From Isurus oxyrinchus (lineage: Eukaryota): a stretch of 64,000 nucleotides of DNA. Within the stretch, counting starts at the first letter, position 1, and the number at the start of each line of letters is the position of its first letter. The stretch spans positions 3,534,001 through 3,598,000 of the forward strand of contig JANJGN010000036.1 in assembly GCA_026770705.1 (NCBI GenBank). Direction: 5' to 3'. The position numbers were made by a program, and so were the translations under genes. Positions 50,461 through 63,419 of this stretch are shown in pieces. The notes beneath the pieces are model-generated. The model saw nothing but the letters and a program-made list of their open reading frames with translations, was not told where the DNA came from and did not search any database.

Positions 50461-52409
50461 TCCTGGGGCAGTGTGATTATGTGGGATGGAATTGAATTTT
50501 ACACCTCTTCTGTGTTTGATATTGGAGTCAACTTCATTTGGGGTGTGTTGTGTTTTGTAGACATTTTCAGATATTTTTAAAATAATTCCCTTTTTTCATA
50601 GGGTGCATCAGGTTCAGTGTGAACTGGAGCTTTGCATCTATTTTAAAAATTGTTTGAAAATATTTTTAAACTTTGGCCCCTAGTTCCAATCTCTCCCACA
50701 AGGAGAAACATCCTCTCCACATCCACCCTGTCAAGTCCCCTCAGGGTCTCATTCTTTCACTAAGATCACCTCTCCAAATTCTAAACACCAGTCAATCCAG
50801 GACCAGCCTGTCCAACCATTCCTCATAAGAAAATAAGAATCATTTCCTCATAAGATCAGGGATGATGAGAAATGCCTCACACAATTGGCCTTGTCCTTAT
50901 CTTCATTGTTTTCTGAGCAACAATCATTTTCTATTCTGACTGCACTAAACCAGGTCTCTGTTTCTATTACACGAGACCCTGCCTCAGTTATCACTGCACG
51001 AGACATTCTCTAAGTCGATATAACATGCGGCCATGTTTCTGCAAATGTTACATTTCACCCGGTCTCTGCTTGGACTGCACATTTCCCTGCATATCACACA
51101 ATAGGCCCTGTCTATACTTGGTATCTAACCCCATGCTGCCGCTTCCCTGGACCTGGTTGACAGGACAGAGCAGAGGGAATTTTTGTCTCTATTGAACCCC
51201 ATACTCTATTTGGGTTGGTTGCGTTTGTTGAACAGTGTGGATGAAGCTTTACACTGGAATTTAGGTGAGGGGATGATTTGATGAAATATTTCAGGTTAAA
51301 AATGGAAATAGAGGTGGTTGATAAAGAGTAACTATTTCTGCCGGTTTGGGGAGTCAAAGCCTTGGGTCCATGGTTTTTAGACGATGTTTAGAAGTTTAGA
51401 ATTTCAGGAGAGAAAGTAAGAAACACTTTAAAACATCAAGAGTAGTATTAGTTTGGAACTCTCTCACGTGAATAGAAATTGACGGTCAGCCACAAGTCCA
51501 TGTTTAAAACTGAGGTTGATAGATTTCTGAAACCTAAAGGGTACAGAGATATGAGACAAAGCGGTTCGATCACAGATCAGGCAGGATCTCATTGAATGCC
51601 AAAACAGGGTTGAAGGGTTAATTGGCCTCTCTCCCTTTCCATGTGCTATGAATAATATCCGTTATTCACTCTCTGGCTCTCAGTCACCCACTCAGTCTGA
51701 CAGTCTCTATTTCTCATTCACTGGATCTGTGTCTTCTCTCCCTCCCTCTCTTATCCTGAGAATCGAGTCTACAAACACCAGTCAGCCAGTTTAGGTTAGT
51801 TCACAGTGACCAATTTATGTTCCCACAGCACTGGAACTAGGCCAGAGTGACCCCTCACTCATCTAACTACCTTAAACGTGACAGAGTCACAAGTATGGAG
51901 ACATAAATTCCACAAGTATTCCTTGGAATATACTTGGGCGTTCAGTCCCACACTTTGCTGTTGTGAATTTGAATCCTGAATTATCTAAAATTGAATCTGG
52001 AATTAAAGCCCCCAGGATGGAATGATTCACATTCTGTCTGCTGCTGCAAAGCCTGTGTGTGTCTCAGTTTCTCGGTATATATTAATAGTTTAAGATAACT
52101 GGATAGAATGCCATAAATCAACTCAGTCATAAGTGTCCCAATACTCTGACCAATATCATTCTTTCATTGTCTGCCTCTTCATCCCCTCTCACTCTGTGTC
52201 TCCCTCTTTAACATTCCCTCGTTCTGCATCTTCTATGCTTCTCTCTCTCTCTCTCTCTCTCAGATTCTGTAAGATAAATCCCCAAACACCAGTCAGCTAT
52301 TTCAGGTCTGTTCACATTGGCCATTTTATGTTCCCACAGCACTGGGACATTTATGACAGAGTTGATTTCTCACGAATGTGCAATTAGCACTCTCAATGTG
52401 ACAGAGACA

Positions 52410-52580
52410 CAGGGATCTCCCTCCATTTTGAAGATGGGGAAGGGATCTCCCTCCATTTAAAAGATGGGGAAGGGATCTCCCTCCATTTAAAAGATGGGGA
52501 AGGGATCTTCTCCATTTTAAAGATGGAAAATGGATCTCCCTCCGTTTTAAAGATGGAGAAGGTATCTGCCTCCATTTGAA
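52410..52580. repeat. 30-bp minisatellite (~5-6 units) followed by a CT/CA tract to ~53420
   Basis: AGGGATCTCC at 52411, 52441 and 52471. Confidence 0.92.
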
Positions 52581-52934
52581 ATATTGAGGGTCGTTTTCGC
52601 TCCATTTCATCAGTTTTCTCTCTCCCTGCCACTTTTGCCTTTCCCCGACTGTCTCTCTGATTCTCTCTCGCTCTCCATGTCTATTTCGGACACTCACTCC
52701 TCTCTCTCTGTCTCTCTCCCTCACCACATCCATTTTTCTTTCACTCAATTGCCTCTCTCTATCTCTTTCTTTTGCCCTCTCTCTCTTTCTCTCACATCCC
52801 ATTTCCCTGTCACTAAATCCCACTCTCTCTCTTGCCCCATTTCTCTGCCTCTCATCCTCTCTCTGTCACTGCCTCTCACTCTATCTCTCTGTCACTCTCT
52901 GACCGTCTGTCTATTCTGCCCCTGAGACACCAAT

Positions 52935-52971
<37 letters not shown>

Positions 52972-55900
52972 AACACCCTCACATACACACACGCACACAG
53001 ACTCACAAAGATATTTTCTTCCTCTCGAACACATACACACACATTCTCTCTTTCACACACCCACACAGGTATGTTCTCTCTCATGCATAGGCACACACAC
53101 ACACAGAGACAGGTATATTCTCTCTCACACACACAAACACACCAACACAGGTATTTTCTCTCTCATGCATAGAAACAGGCACACACACAAGTTTATATTC
53201 TCGCTCTGACATAGACGTTTTCTCTCTCTCCCAAGCACACATGCACTCACAAACTCGCACAGATATATTCTCTAAAACAAGCAGACAGACATACATTCAC
53301 ATACCCTCACACACACATTCTCACTCAACACACACATATAAGCTCGCACAGATATATTCTCTCATACACACAGACACATAAACAAACATACCCTCACACA
53401 TGCACAGTCACACTCACAAATATATTCAGAAATAGTGATCAGAAAAGGGTCATAGTTACAGTCCTAGAATAGTCCAGCACAGGAAGAGGCTATTCGGCTC
53501 ATCCAGATGTGGTGGCTCTTTGGAAGAGGAATCCAGTTAGTCTCACTGCCACACTCCTTCCCCCATAATACTGCATGTTATTCTCATTCAATGATTTATC
53601 CGATTCTCCTTTTGAAGGATCCTATTGAATCATTAGCAACCTCCCCAGCAGACAATGCATTATATATTTGTGTTCTGAGGTATTTTGGTGCCTGTGTACA
53701 GAAATCAGATAGAAAGTTAACAAACAGGAACAGCTAACCAGGAAGAAGGCAAATGTAGTGTTGGCCTTTTTGCAAAGGGATTGGAGTACAAGAGTAAGGA
53801 AGTCTTACTGCAAGTGTTTTGCTGAGACCACACCTGGAATATTGAGGAGGGTTAACAGATAATTGACATATGTGAATTATTTTCTTATACACGTGTGTCT
53901 GTCTGCATGGATATTTCAATGTTGGATTCATACAGCATAATTTGCAGTCAAGATTGTCTGATCTGATGCTGCAAGTTTTGTTATACACAATAATCGATGC
54001 TCCCTGGTTATTGACCTCTCTTTGTCTCTCTCTCTCTCTCTCTGTGCATCTGTAAAAAGGAAAATTCACAAACATCAGTCAGCCATTTTAAGTTTCTTCA
54101 TCATGGCTATTTTCTCCTCAAATCCAAGTCTCATCGGAGCAAGATTTGCTCCTGTGCACCGAATATTTGACAATGTAAACCAAATGCAATTGATATAAAG
54201 TAAGATCACAGATAACCAGTGATCTCATTCAGTGCCAGAACAGGATTGAGTGATTAAATGGAATCCTCCTCTTCCCTTGTGCTCTGACCAATATCCTTCT
54301 TTCACTCTCTGTCTCTCGGCCCCCCTCTCTTTTTTACACTTGCACAGCCTGTGACTTCCCTAAGTCTCTCCCCTTCCCTCTGACACACTAATGACAGATT
54401 TGTCTCCTCACTAAGGTATCATTAGTACTTTAAAAATGACAGAGACAAAGCTATGCAGACATAAACGCTGATTGTATTCCCTGGCATATTGAATGATTAG
54501 GTGCAACTTGAGCAAAGTTTACAGGAAAATAATGGAAACTGATAGGTAGATAGAGAGAAATGCTTTCTGGTTGTGGAGCTTAAGACGAGGATCATAATCT
54601 AAAAATTTAACAATAGTCTGAAACCCTTTCAAGAGTGAATTGAAGAAACACTTCTTCACACAATGGGATGTAGAAATTCAGTAAATTCTGTAAATGGCCA
54701 CTCCCTATCTCCTGTCCCACCATCCTCCAATATCAGTTTTCCATTAATTCCTGCTCTCTGATTTCTCAGACTAGAAAATTAGCTGGAACCTTTCCTGAAA
54801 CCTGTGTTTGCTGTTTGTTTCCGCTCTGCCCCTTCTCTCTTTCTAGGCCTCTAAGTCCTTCTGTCTCTCCCTGCCATAAGAATGTAAGAATCTAGAAATG
54901 AGGGCAGGAGGAGCCCATCCGACCCTTCCCCCTCCCTCCGTCATTCCTTATTGAGCCTTTGGTTTGCTGCCTCTGGGTAGATTCATACAACACACACGGC
55001 AAAGTATTTTATACGATGGGAAGCAGCCAACACTGTTTCACTCAGTGCACATGCTACATTCATGATGCAATGTTATAATATAATTTCAGACAACTGTCAT
55101 CACACAGGGGCTAAATTTCACTGGGTCAACATTCTCACCAAACACTAAAGCTTCCCACAAAGCAGGGCTCACAAATCCAACATGATTTTCCTTGTTTGAT
55201 TCTGCCTGGACTTTTCTGATTCTCTGATGGATTCCTGGTGAATATCCTCCACATGAGCATTCGCCCTAATCCCATGTACCTGTCCTGCTCCCAAACACGG
55301 CATCCGACTACAATAAAGCAAGTGATAGTGGACCGTCTGATTGACTAAGACAGGTGAGTATCCATCCTGACCCAGGTGTGTACGTGACAAGGATTAATTC
55401 CAGAGACAAAAGAAACTGGGCTTCACTCTGCACATAAACCGTGCTGTATCTTCACTCAGAATTGGATGGGATGGTGCAGATGTGGAGAAGTTAATCCTTC
55501 AAAATCATATCAAAGTGTGTTTGAAATGTGCTGAGGGTTTTTGCCTATCCCATCCATTCAGAGAGTGAGTCGCTGATCCCCATCAGCTGATGGGTGAAAA
55601 TATTACTCCTCTGTTCCAATTAAACCATTCAATCAATGCTCCCTAGTTATTGACCTCTCCGCTCAGGAAGGAAGGATCCTCCCTATCCACACTCTGTAGG
55701 CCCCTCATCATTTTATATCATCAATTCTTTGGTAGTCGGGTTTCAGCAGGACTGGAGTTGGGAGAGAATCCTGACCTGAGCATCACAACCTGTCCTAACC
55801 TTATACACCTTCGAGCAAACCGCCCCTCAATGGGATCAAACCCAGTTTCTCCAAACTCAGCATAGAGCTAAAATCCCTCATTTCTGCTGATTTATCCACT

Positions 55901-57439
55901 CTCAAATATTCTAAGGATCTCGATACTTCCCCTCTCAGTCTTTGTTTTCCACACAGTATTCCTCACTCCTGCTCCTTATCCAAAATGTCTGCATCGCTCC
56001 ACTGCCCTTTGCAAACACAGACACAGGGGAATTGGATTTTAGAGCTTTAAACTTTTATGAGCGAAATTTTGAAACATTTCTAAACACAAAAGATGGTAGA
56101 AGTTTGGAAGTGACTTCCCCAAATGCTGCTTCCTGATCAGTCCCAAGTTGTTAAGGGAACAATGGACAAAGTTGTCCAAGTGTTAAGGGGAACTGATGGG
56201 GTATTATTTCGGAAGTGTCTTCCCCAGGCAGCAATTGATGCTGAGTCACTGGCTGATTTTTATATCTAAAGTTGACCTTATCTTCACATACCTGTCACCA
56301 AATCAATACTAAAATACAAATATTTCACAGCTGGACTCACACAACACAGACAGCAGTGAATGTTACATTTTGGAAATGCTGTTAATGTTGTTAAACATCA
56401 CTGCCTTTTCTGTAAGAACCATTTTGAAATGTCTATAACGTTTCTTTTATTGTATTGAAGCACCTCAGAGTGCTACATGATTTAAGTAGAAAAACTGAAT
56501 ATCATTGCACTTTCTGAAATGTTTTGTAATCTTGCAAATATTTTATGAATAAAGAATAATTTTGCAAAAAAAAGTTTCTATGTGAGTGTTTCTGAGATTC
56601 AATGTATCTATTCATGATTTAAGATGATATGATAGAATGCATGCTGAAATACCATAAAGCTACAAACAGCGGACAGTGGATGTTGAAAGAGAGTTGAGGG
56701 TCCATACATTTTAGCGCCGGGCAGCTTTACTCAAATGATACCAGGAAGGGGTAAATTACAAAGTGGGATTACACAAGGTCGGAATATATTCCCTGGAATT
56801 TAGAAAGATCAGAGGTGATTTCATCCTGCACTTCAACACGCTTGGGTCGGAGAAGTTTAGTACTGTATTCCACAAGTGTTGATTGATGCTCAGACAATTG
56901 TTAATTTTTAAATATAATATTGAACTAAATTTATTCTGTCACTCTCTGTCCTCTGGTGTGTGTGTGTGTGTGTGTGTGTGTTTCACTCCCCATTCTCTGA
57001 ATCTCTGTAAATCTCCTCATACATCGATCAGACATTTTGTGTTTGTTTATGGTGGCCATTTTCTCCCTAAAGCTCTGTATATTCACAGCAAATCAGAAAG
57101 TTTCGAACCCAGGGTTAGAACAGTAAAGGTGTGCATGTAGGTGATTATGAGAGTGTCGAGCAGAGGGTAGATTGGTAAAGGTGTGTGTGTGATTCTGATA
57201 TTATCCAGCAGGGGTATGGAACAGTGCAGGTGAGTGGGGTAAACCAGCGCTCCACTGTAGGTTGATATAAACTGTGTTTTAAACATTTTTTGCCTGGGGA
57301 AATTTGCACCAGTGCCCCCATTGTTGTGTCCGGTCCTTGTTAACCTGATTAATATTGAAAATGATGTGTCAACCTGTACCACACTCCCCCTGCAGGCGGC
57401 AATCCAGTGACTTAGTTGTTGGGGAAGCAATGTGGGCTC

Positions 57440-57860
57440 TTTTCCCACAATCCCCCGCGGGGGGGGGGGAACGTCATCTATCAGTTACACGGGCCGCGCT
57501 GCACTCTGGGAGGGAGAGACCAGCGCACAAGCGCAGCTCCGCTCCCCATTGCACGTACTGCTTTTTATTTATTATTAATAATCATTATTTATTGTTAACA
57601 ATAATAATCACATACCGGCCGGCTCAGAATCCCAGTTCCCGGCTCATCGTGAAGAGTCGCTTTTTCCTTTTCGCTTTACTATTTAAAGGGGAGGAGCCGT
57701 CGGTGACGTCAGGCCAACATGGCGGAGAAAGCACCGCTCCCTCAGCAGTTGGAAAGAGCAGCAGCCGGGCCGGGGCGTGGTTTAGAGATGTCCAAGGGAT
57801 GAGCAGCCGGTGGAGCAATAGGTCTTGAGGAGAGTGAGACCGGCCCCTAGCGGACAGGAG
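57440..57860 (+). promoter_or_regulatory. CpG-rich, housekeeping-type promoter
   Basis: Locally high CpG. ZNF143/Staf-like TCCCAGAGTGCA (minus, 57500-57511), TATTTAAA 57680, full CRE TGACGTCA 57704-57711, YY1/Kozak-like CAACATGGCGG 57715-57725, GC box GGGGCGTGG 57772. Confidence 0.7.
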
Positions 57861-58289
57861 TGGAAACAGCAGCAGAAACTCTCTCTTCGCAAAGGCTCCA
57901 GTTCAGTTGTTAGAGGCTCTGGGAACCTCTTCAAATATAAATTTCAGCTTCTAAATCCATCACCAACAAGAACCATTCCCTCTGCAGAGCAGCTTTACTC
58001 TCCATTCCCAGCCTGTATTCCACCTTGTTCGCAACAACTGTGCTTCCAGATACTTTACACCCTGAGATATTTACAGCAAAAACTAGTCCTGGATCACATT
58101 TAATAATTGTTTTGGGGTCAGAATTCAGTCATATCATCAATTACATTCCCAACTTGGGCTATGGGGATATATTTGTATTGTCTCATTTCACAAGAAAAAA
58201 CAACGAGATTTTCAACTCTGCTTATGTTATTCTTTTAATAACTTACCTGGGTTGACTCGACTGAGATTGACATTAACCCTCCCTGCTCT

Positions 58290-58755
58290 CTGTTTGTGTG
58301 TGTGTTTGTGTGTGTGTGTGTGTGAAGGTGTGCGGGTGTGTATGTGTGAATGTGCCTATAGGTGTGAGGGTATGCGTTTGTATGAGTGTATGCCTGAATG
58401 TGTTTATGACTGTGTGTACCAGTGAGTGTCTGTGTATCTGATTGTGGATGAGTGTGTCTGTGTATGCGACTGTAAGTGTGCAAGTGAGTGTGTGTCTGTG
58501 TGAGAAAGTATGTGTTTCTTTATACATGTGGGTGACTGTGTTTTGTGTGTGTGTGTCTTTGTATGCAAGTGCATGTGTGCTTGTCTGTGTGTGTCTGCAA
58601 GACTGAGTGTGTGTGTGTATGAACATGGCTGAGTGTGTGTGAGGTTGTCTGTGTATGCGAGTGTATGTGTGCGAATGTGTACTTATGATGTGGGTGAGAG
58701 TGTATATGTGCTCGGCTATGCGAGTGTGTGCGTGATTGAGTGTGTCTGTGTGAGA
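58290..58755. repeat. Imperfect (GT)n tract
   Basis: Visible dinucleotide repeat. Confidence 0.95.
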
Positions 58756-60305
58756 TTGATATTATAAAGCAGCAGCACATGCCACCTTTGGAACAGAATC
58801 ACTTTACCCACCCTGTGCCCAGTTTCTGTTTACAGTATACAGAAATAACTAAGATATCATTCGGCCTCTGTGTGGTTATTGTGGTTTGGGGAAGGGTCAC
58901 CAGTTTCACCAGAGTCAACACTGCTTTATGAAAGTTAAAGTTTCTTCGTTGGAGCTTTTTTGATGTTTGTGGCTGGCAGGGAAAATAAGGGGCAAGAGTG
59001 GAGTTATTGCATTTGGATTGCAAATCAGCTGGCCTCTCTCTGTGTCACCGAAACCTACAGGGGTTCAGATCAAGAGATGAAAAATGGGAAAAGATTGCAG
59101 AGCTCTTCACTTCAGGGGCAGCACGGACACAATGTGAATAAAGGCTGCAAGGAAGTGAACATAAATTCTCTCACACATTTTCTTTGTGTTTTCAATTAGT
59201 TTTTTTTTTCCTAGGGCAAAGAATCTGTGTGATAAATTGAGAAAACTATCTTGGAAAAATAATTAACAAAAACCTTTAGCAAAATCCAACGTGTCGTCTG
59301 GTTAAAGATTGACAATGTATTGTAGAGGAGTTACAGAGTACAGCAAAGTTTATCTCTCCCATTCTGAATGAGATTACAGTCTGATAACTGAACCAAACGT
59401 GCACATTGCAGTCTGAAATAATTCCCAACTACCATCGCAAGACAATATTTCCAATGGGGAATGAGCAGAGAGCTCATGCAAAGGTCAGGTAGTAAAAAAG
59501 GCGAATACACCACCCGAGCGAACTGTGCACCCGGATTGAAACTTCAATCCCTTACACTATTGGTCAATATTCACTCTTCATCAGTCTGTTTCCAGATGCA
59601 GCCACGCAGCAGCTGAACTTCTCTTAGACTGCCAAAGCGCAGCACCTGTAGTGGGGGTGAGCAGCCAGCAGAGGGTGGGCTTGTATCACTTTAATCACAA
59701 GACAGTGAAACTGGTTTGAGAAGAGGCCTTTTAAAATTCATTCCTTCATCAAACGATAACAAGAGACAAAACACTGACAAACGATGCGAGTCCAGGCTGC
59801 ATCACTGCCTGTGCAGAGGAAGACAGAAATCGCAATCAAAACACCTGGTACCCTGTAGAATGCACAATGAACACCGTGCATAAGGAGATGAAACTGTTCA
59901 GAAATCTCTCATGTGTCACAATCCGAGGCCTCGTTTCAGTTTGACATCCTGATTGCCATAAATGTGTGAGCAAACGTTCCAGGGTAAAACAATTAATAAA
60001 TCTATCAGTGAACCGCTGGCTCCAGCGCTCTGAACCACATCCCAACTCTTCCTATTTTGGGTTCTAATTGGGGCATCTTGGTGAAAGTGACACCGAGCTC
60101 ACTGCGCGCAGTGGGAGCATTGACCAAATAAAAATAACTGAACAGAATCTCAACACAATGACATCCCTGCAGCTGGGAAACAATTGTAGAATTATCCAAA
60201 CAAACTAGCTGACAAGAGTCTAAAGATTTATTCTCCATTTATATTGCATGTCTGTTATATTGCATAGTGTGACATGGAAAAGGTCGGTTTTCTTCTTTAC
60301 GGAGC

Positions 60306-62840
60306 TCAATTGTTTTTATTCTTAACAAATTTAACAATCACCAGAATCGGATATATCAACACGCTCTTGAACTGTTCCCTGAACCTGCTCTGGATCACTC
60401 CATAAATAAAGGTGTTTGTGCAGGAACTTAAATTCAGCAGCATAAACCTGATATGCTCAAAAGAGTAATCTAAGAGAGTTGTTCCTTCAATGTTATAATA
60501 TAAGAATTCTGCAACAAATGGCAGCCACATGAGAAAGAAGCTGCCTAAAATTGTGAAGAGTAAAATAACGGACTTCCTTCTGCTCTTCATTTCTGGGTCA
60601 CTGCGGCTCTCTCCATTGTTCTGACCCCTCAGAGCCTTACAGACTCTGCTGGCTACTAATATGTGTCTGACTGTAAGAATATTAAGCAGTAATATTAGAA
60701 CACATGGGAGAAATGGTGCTAACATTATATCAAACCAGTCCAAAGCCATCCAACCAAGCTCAATAAAAAGTTTGGCTTAACAGAACAAAACCAGGGCGTA
60801 TTCTCAATTATCTCCACAGGTTCATATATAAAGTACCAAGCAGCGCTTTTTAAACTCATCAGAATGCACGTCATTGCTATAATTATAGACACAGTTTCCT
60901 TTGTGCAATATTTTGTTCTCTGCTTTTGGCAAAAGATGGCGATGAAACGATCAAACGAGAAACTAATGGTTAACCAAACTGAGCTCGATGCATGAGTCAG
61001 AACAGCGATAGCACTGCACACATGGGTAAGGGAGAGTAAAGACCCAGGTATAGTTAATAACCCACCGAAATAATATGATTTCATTCATACTAACCAGTAG
61101 ATCCGTCACCACCTTTGCCAGCATGTAGCTAGTGATACATTTGGAAAGACCACACTTTCCCCGGGTCAGTGTCACCATTGCAATGAAGTTAACTGTAAAA
61201 GAGAATGAGAGAGAAGTTGGGGGGAGGAGAGAGAAATGATACAGGAAGTTAATGATACATCTCAACAGCGAATTCTAAAAACCTGATTCTAAAAATATTG
61301 CGTTTGACTTTGGGGGGATTTCAGTCTTTCCATCCAAGTTTATAAAAGCACACTGAGGTAGATCATTCAGAAAGATTAGAAACAAAACTCTGAGTCTCTC
61401 AGATTCCTGTTTCATTCTCAATTACTGGCTGGTCTCTTCAACCTAAGACCACGCCTCAAACTAATTCTTCAAACTAATGAACATGGAGATGGTTCAGATA
61501 ATTTCAGAATGTAGTGAAATTTAAATGTATTATGTTGCATTTTAGTAAGAAACCGTTGAAGTAATATTATTAGTATCATGGAGAACAAAAGTGGTCCTTG
61601 ATCACTTTAGAAAAAAATCACTAAATTTGGAGGTCCATGTTCATAAATACATTACACGTATAAAGAGCAGCATCTGGAATGATATATCTGGAAAGATACA
61701 ATTGAAAAGAGGGAAATATATGTTAAAGCTGCTGACGAATCTTGGTTAGATGACATGCGGAGTGTTGCTTGCATATGGGCGCTTTGGAGAAACAGCAAAA
61801 ATGATTTATAAGGAAATGAATGATTATTTCTATCGTGAAGGAATTAACCGACTGTTTTCCTTTCTCGAATATAAGCGGCTAGAGATGACCTAACCAAAGA
61901 ATTCTGTTGGAGAAACTATGATTGTTTCAGTGAAGAAAGTCTATTGTGGAAAGCTTTCTTGGAGATTGACAAAATTGTGTTAGGAATAGACACGTGAGGC
62001 AATGGGAATTCAGCCCCTATTGACAGAGGTACAAAGACTACTTCATGCTGTGATTGGTAATGACCTGGAACTCACATTCCAAGGATGGTGGCAGCGGAGA
62101 GAATGAATTATTACAAAAAGACATTCACTGAGGCAAATAATCTGACAGGCAAACACCGGAGTCAGGGTTTTACATGCGTTACTCTAATATAACGGGTATG
62201 CTCTCCATGGTCGAATGACCTTCTTCCGTGTTTTAATAATTCTATGGGTCTATGACTCTGGGAGACACCTGGACCTGTGTCAGATACGCATATAATAAAA
62301 TAAGATTTCATCCGGGGTATAAACCCTAAACACACTGAATACCCCATTAAACTGAATACCATGATTTGGGAGAGATTCCTGATCTCGGCTTCGTAACACT
62401 GAGACCGTGTGATTTTCAATTAACTATCGCTGGAAGCATATTTGTGAAGAAATTTTTCAGAACTGCTGCGTTGCTCAATATGAAACCGCATTAGCCCCTG
62501 ATAATTGTCAGATAATTGTTCCTCTGCCAGGATTTTGTTCCCAGTGCATTTAATATCGAGGCTAATCCAGTTGCATCATCAGAGTTGGAAATACACAGAT
62601 AATTTCAAATCTTATGGGGAGATTAAAAGAGCGAAGAAGAGCGTTAATTCCTTTCATCTTGCACCAACTGAACAGAGCAAAGAGCTGAGAGGGGAAAAAT
62701 GAGGCGACAGAAATATTGCCACTTGCATCAGCACAATTATACATCATTAACAGATGAAATAAAAACTCACCAGGAACTCCAACTGCTGCGAGACAAGGAT
62801 AGTAAATGTGCTCTATCGGAAGAATGGATGCATATCCTAT
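60306..62840 (-). pseudogene. GPR139/GPR142-like class A GPCR pseudogene, two exons (62840-62771 and 61192-60306)
   Basis: Exon 1 IGYASILPIEHIYYPCLAAVGVP ends G|GTGAGT. Exon 2 follows TTTTACAG| and gives VNFIAMVTLTRGKCGLSKCIT..., SFDRF and SCTNTFIY. The start codon reads ACCATAG instead of ACCATGG, with an in-frame TGA upstream. Two frameshifts near 61050 and 60760. Confidence 0.88.
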
Positions 62841-63419
62841 GGTTGAGAAACACTGAAGCCGGTTGTGCTGAATCCACAGCTCCAATGGGCGCGCCGAGAT
62901 TCAGCATTTGAAGAAGCCTTGATTTAAAGACATCTTAAACCTGCTCTGGTCCGGCTAATCCCCAGATCATTGCTATTAGATACACTCACATAAACAAACA
63001 ATTTGCATCAGAAGCTTTGATTGCAATGCGAATAACAATGTCGTGCAAAACACAAACATCTCCAGCTGCAGGTTGTTATTTTTAGAAACCATTTAGTTGG
63101 AATCGCGCTAAAAAACTAAGCCTGCAGAGTCGATCCAACAATAATTAACCAATCGCATTGGGCTTTCATTCTGTGAAGCCCCTTCTCTCCTGCGGGCACA
63201 TTGTTAAATGTTAATGATCACTTCGCAAATTGTACATTGTGCCCAGGGATCTGTTCCACTGCTTCCACGTCAAGATGCAACGTCTCAGATCCTGACCCGA
63301 GGTCCATTGAAGGCCTGGTCCATGAGCGTAGCCTAGAAATTACTGCGATTGATGCCAGGAGGAGAACAATGAACACATTCTGTTGACATTCCTCTCTCCG
63401 TCACATCCCTGCTGCTTCC

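Noticed and set aside
62562-62885. 107-aa ORF as a standalone gene, or as an alternative GPCR start
   Set aside because: It begins at TTG. Only 62840-62771 is GPCR exon 1; the rest is UTR and intron.
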